Source of the DNA: Eledone cirrhosa | Taxonomy: Eukaryota | Direction of reading: 5' to 3' | NCBI GenBank assembly: GCA_964016885.1 | Contig: CAXHJY010000313.1 | Location: 1-64,000 of the forward strand | Length of the DNA stretch: 64,000 bases | Shown here: one piece after another, positions 61,506-64,000 of the stretch | Position numbering within the stretch: the stretch's first letter is position 1 | Layout: each line of letters opens with the position of its first letter | Program-made: the position numbers and the translations under genes | Notes under the pieces: generated by a model | What the model was told of the DNA's origin: nothing | Database searches by the model: none | Seen by the model: only the letters and a program-made list of their open reading frames with translations

Positions 61506-61787
61506 TGTTTGTATTGTAAATGACCAAGTTAGCTAGATAGAAATATACTAATAATAATATTACAGTTTGCCTAAAATGACTTAAGATAATACATCATAAA
61601 TCAAAAAAAACAAATTGTATTGGCAATGGCCGTAGTGCTTGGACAAATTTAAATTTCAAAATCAAACCTGTTCCATAGACAGGTTTAAAACTTAAAATCC
61701 AAATATGTTTCAAATAATGAAAAAGTGGAAGAAAATACCGCATTTTGATATCCTCAGCAAGCACTATAAAAATTGGTATGTTCCACT

Positions 61788-61812
61788 ATATATATATGTA
61801 TATATATATATG

Positions 61813-61843
<31 letters not shown>

Positions 61844-61844
61844 G

Positions 61845-61875
<31 letters not shown>

Positions 61876-62106
61876 GTATATGTATATATAATTATGTATA
61901 TATATATGTATATATATATAATTATGTATATATATATGTATATATATATATGTATATATGTATATATATATGTATATATGTATATATATATGTATATATG
62001 TATGTATATATGTATATATATGTACATATATATGTATATATGTATATATATGTACATATATATGTATATATGTATATATATGTATATATATATATGTATA
62101 TATGTA

Positions 62107-62155
<49 letters not shown>

Positions 62156-62990
62156 GTATATGTATCTATATATATATATATGTATCTATATGTATATATG
62201 TATATATATGTATATATATATGTATATATGTATATATATATATATGTACATATTTATGTATATATGTATATACATATATATGTATATATGTATATATGTA
62301 TATACATATATATGTATATATATATATATGTACATATATATGTATATATATATATATGTACATATTTATGTATATATGTATATATATGTACATATATATG
62401 TAGATATATATATGTACATATATATGTATATATGTATATATATATGTATATATGTATATATATATATGTACAGAGTTATGTATATATGTATATATATGTA
62501 CATATATATGTATATATATATATATATGTACATATATATGTATATATGTATATATATATGTATATATGTATATATATATATGTACATATTTATGTATATA
62601 TGTATATATATGTACATATATATGTATATATGTATATATATATATGTATGTATATATGTACATATATATGTATATATATATATATGTACATATATATGTA
62701 TATATGTATATATATATGTATATATGTATATATATATGTATATATGTATATATGTATATATATATATGTACATATTTATGTATATATGTATATATATGTA
62801 CATATATATGTATATATATATGTATATATATATACGTATATATATATATATGTACATATATATGTATATATGTATATATATGTATATATATCTGTATATA
62901 TATATATATGTATATATATGTATATATATATGTATATATATATCTGTGTATATATGTATATATATATATATATGTATATATATATGTATA
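61788..62990. repeat. Degenerate (TA)n microsatellite with GTAC variants
   Basis: Read directly. Confidence 0.98.
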
Positions 62991-63721
62991 TCATCATCAT
63001 CATCATCAACGTTTAACGTCCGTGTTCCACGCTTGCATGGGTTTGGACGGGGGTATTCCCACTTGAGAAAAGAGTGATTGTCTTGCTCGCATAGGACTGT
63101 CTGGCATGTTTTCTACAGTTGGATGCCCTTCCTAACACCAACCACATTTACAGTGTGGGTCTGGGAGGTTTTTACCGTGTTGCCTACACGGCCACATTAC
63201 AGCGTGGACTGTGTTTTTTTGTCGTGACACCTACACGATCTCATTTGTTTCGGCCTGGATGGTGTGGCACCAACATAACTTTACATAGGAGGGGGTGGTG
63301 TGGATGGGGTGGGGGTGGTGGGACGGGGGTGTATTTTGTTAGAGATGCTTACTGGCTGTAGTAGGTTTTACTATGTATTTAGGTAAGGCGGGTCTTCTCC
63401 ATTACTGAGTTCCGCCAAAGGTCTCGGTCCAGTGACATTGTCTTGGAGAGGTGTAAGTGTGTGAGGTCGGAGTTTATCAGCTCGTCCCAGGATTTTCTAG
63501 GTCTGCATACTCCGTGGCTACCGTCTATCTTTATTGCCCTGCACTTTGTTATACAGCTATCGTCCTTCATGCGCATCACGTGTCCGTACCAACGTAGCCT
63601 TCTCTCGAGTAAACAACATCTGATCCCTCTTATTTCTAATTTTTTCCTTAGTTCGTTTATGCTTTGCCGTTCACGTATATTACTATTACACATCCAGCGG
63701 AGCATGCAAGCTTCGTTCCTC

Positions 63722-63722
<1 letters not shown>
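62990..63722 (-). mobile_element. RTE family A, 3' fragment
   Basis: RNEACMLRW...EKTRLT*, followed by the 3' UTR and (GAT)n. Confidence 0.94.
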
Positions 63723-63801
<79 letters not shown>

Positions 63802-63868
63802 GTATATATATATGTATATATATATGTATGTATGTATATATATATATGTATATATATATGTATATATG

Positions 63869-63923
<55 letters not shown>

Positions 63924-64000
63924 GTATATATATATGTATATATATATGTGTATATATATGTATATATATATGTATATATATATGTATATATATATGTATA
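63723..64000. repeat. (TA)n microsatellite
   Basis: Read directly. Confidence 0.98.

Noticed and set aside
61638-61706. HHR-like arrangement around the hairpin aaacctgt/acaggttt
   Set aside because: No recognisable CUGANGA or U3-A8 core.

Overview
AT-rich eukaryotic repeat landscape. It is most likely cephalopod/octopus-like; this is inferred from SINE and RTE tail sequences and not verified. I found no host gene. Roughly 40% of the window is degenerate (TA)n microsatellite, and all the long Tyr/Ile ORFs in the track are artefacts of it. Almost everything between the TA tracts is a retroelement: three RTE-clade LINE families (A and B have a PHD finger inside the RT ORF; one full-length B copy is preceded by eight ~392-bp tandem monomers), three copies of a CR1-group LINE, tRNA-derived SINEs, and at least four Penelope-like element (PLE) families, including a near-complete Naiad-type element with direct pseudo-LTRs. 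Reading both strands by eye gave about 13 type-I hammerhead ribozyme (HHR) motifs from about 9 distinct sequence families. Several have non-canonical cores: a U3-A8 swap, C at position 4, or a branched ~90-nt stem II. Some lie in short ORF-less TA-flanked islands, one of which is a 422-bp terminally redundant, retrozyme-like unit. Three PLE-type loci form head-to-head inverted or fold-back structures. All structures were assigned manually; no folding, alignment or database search was run.
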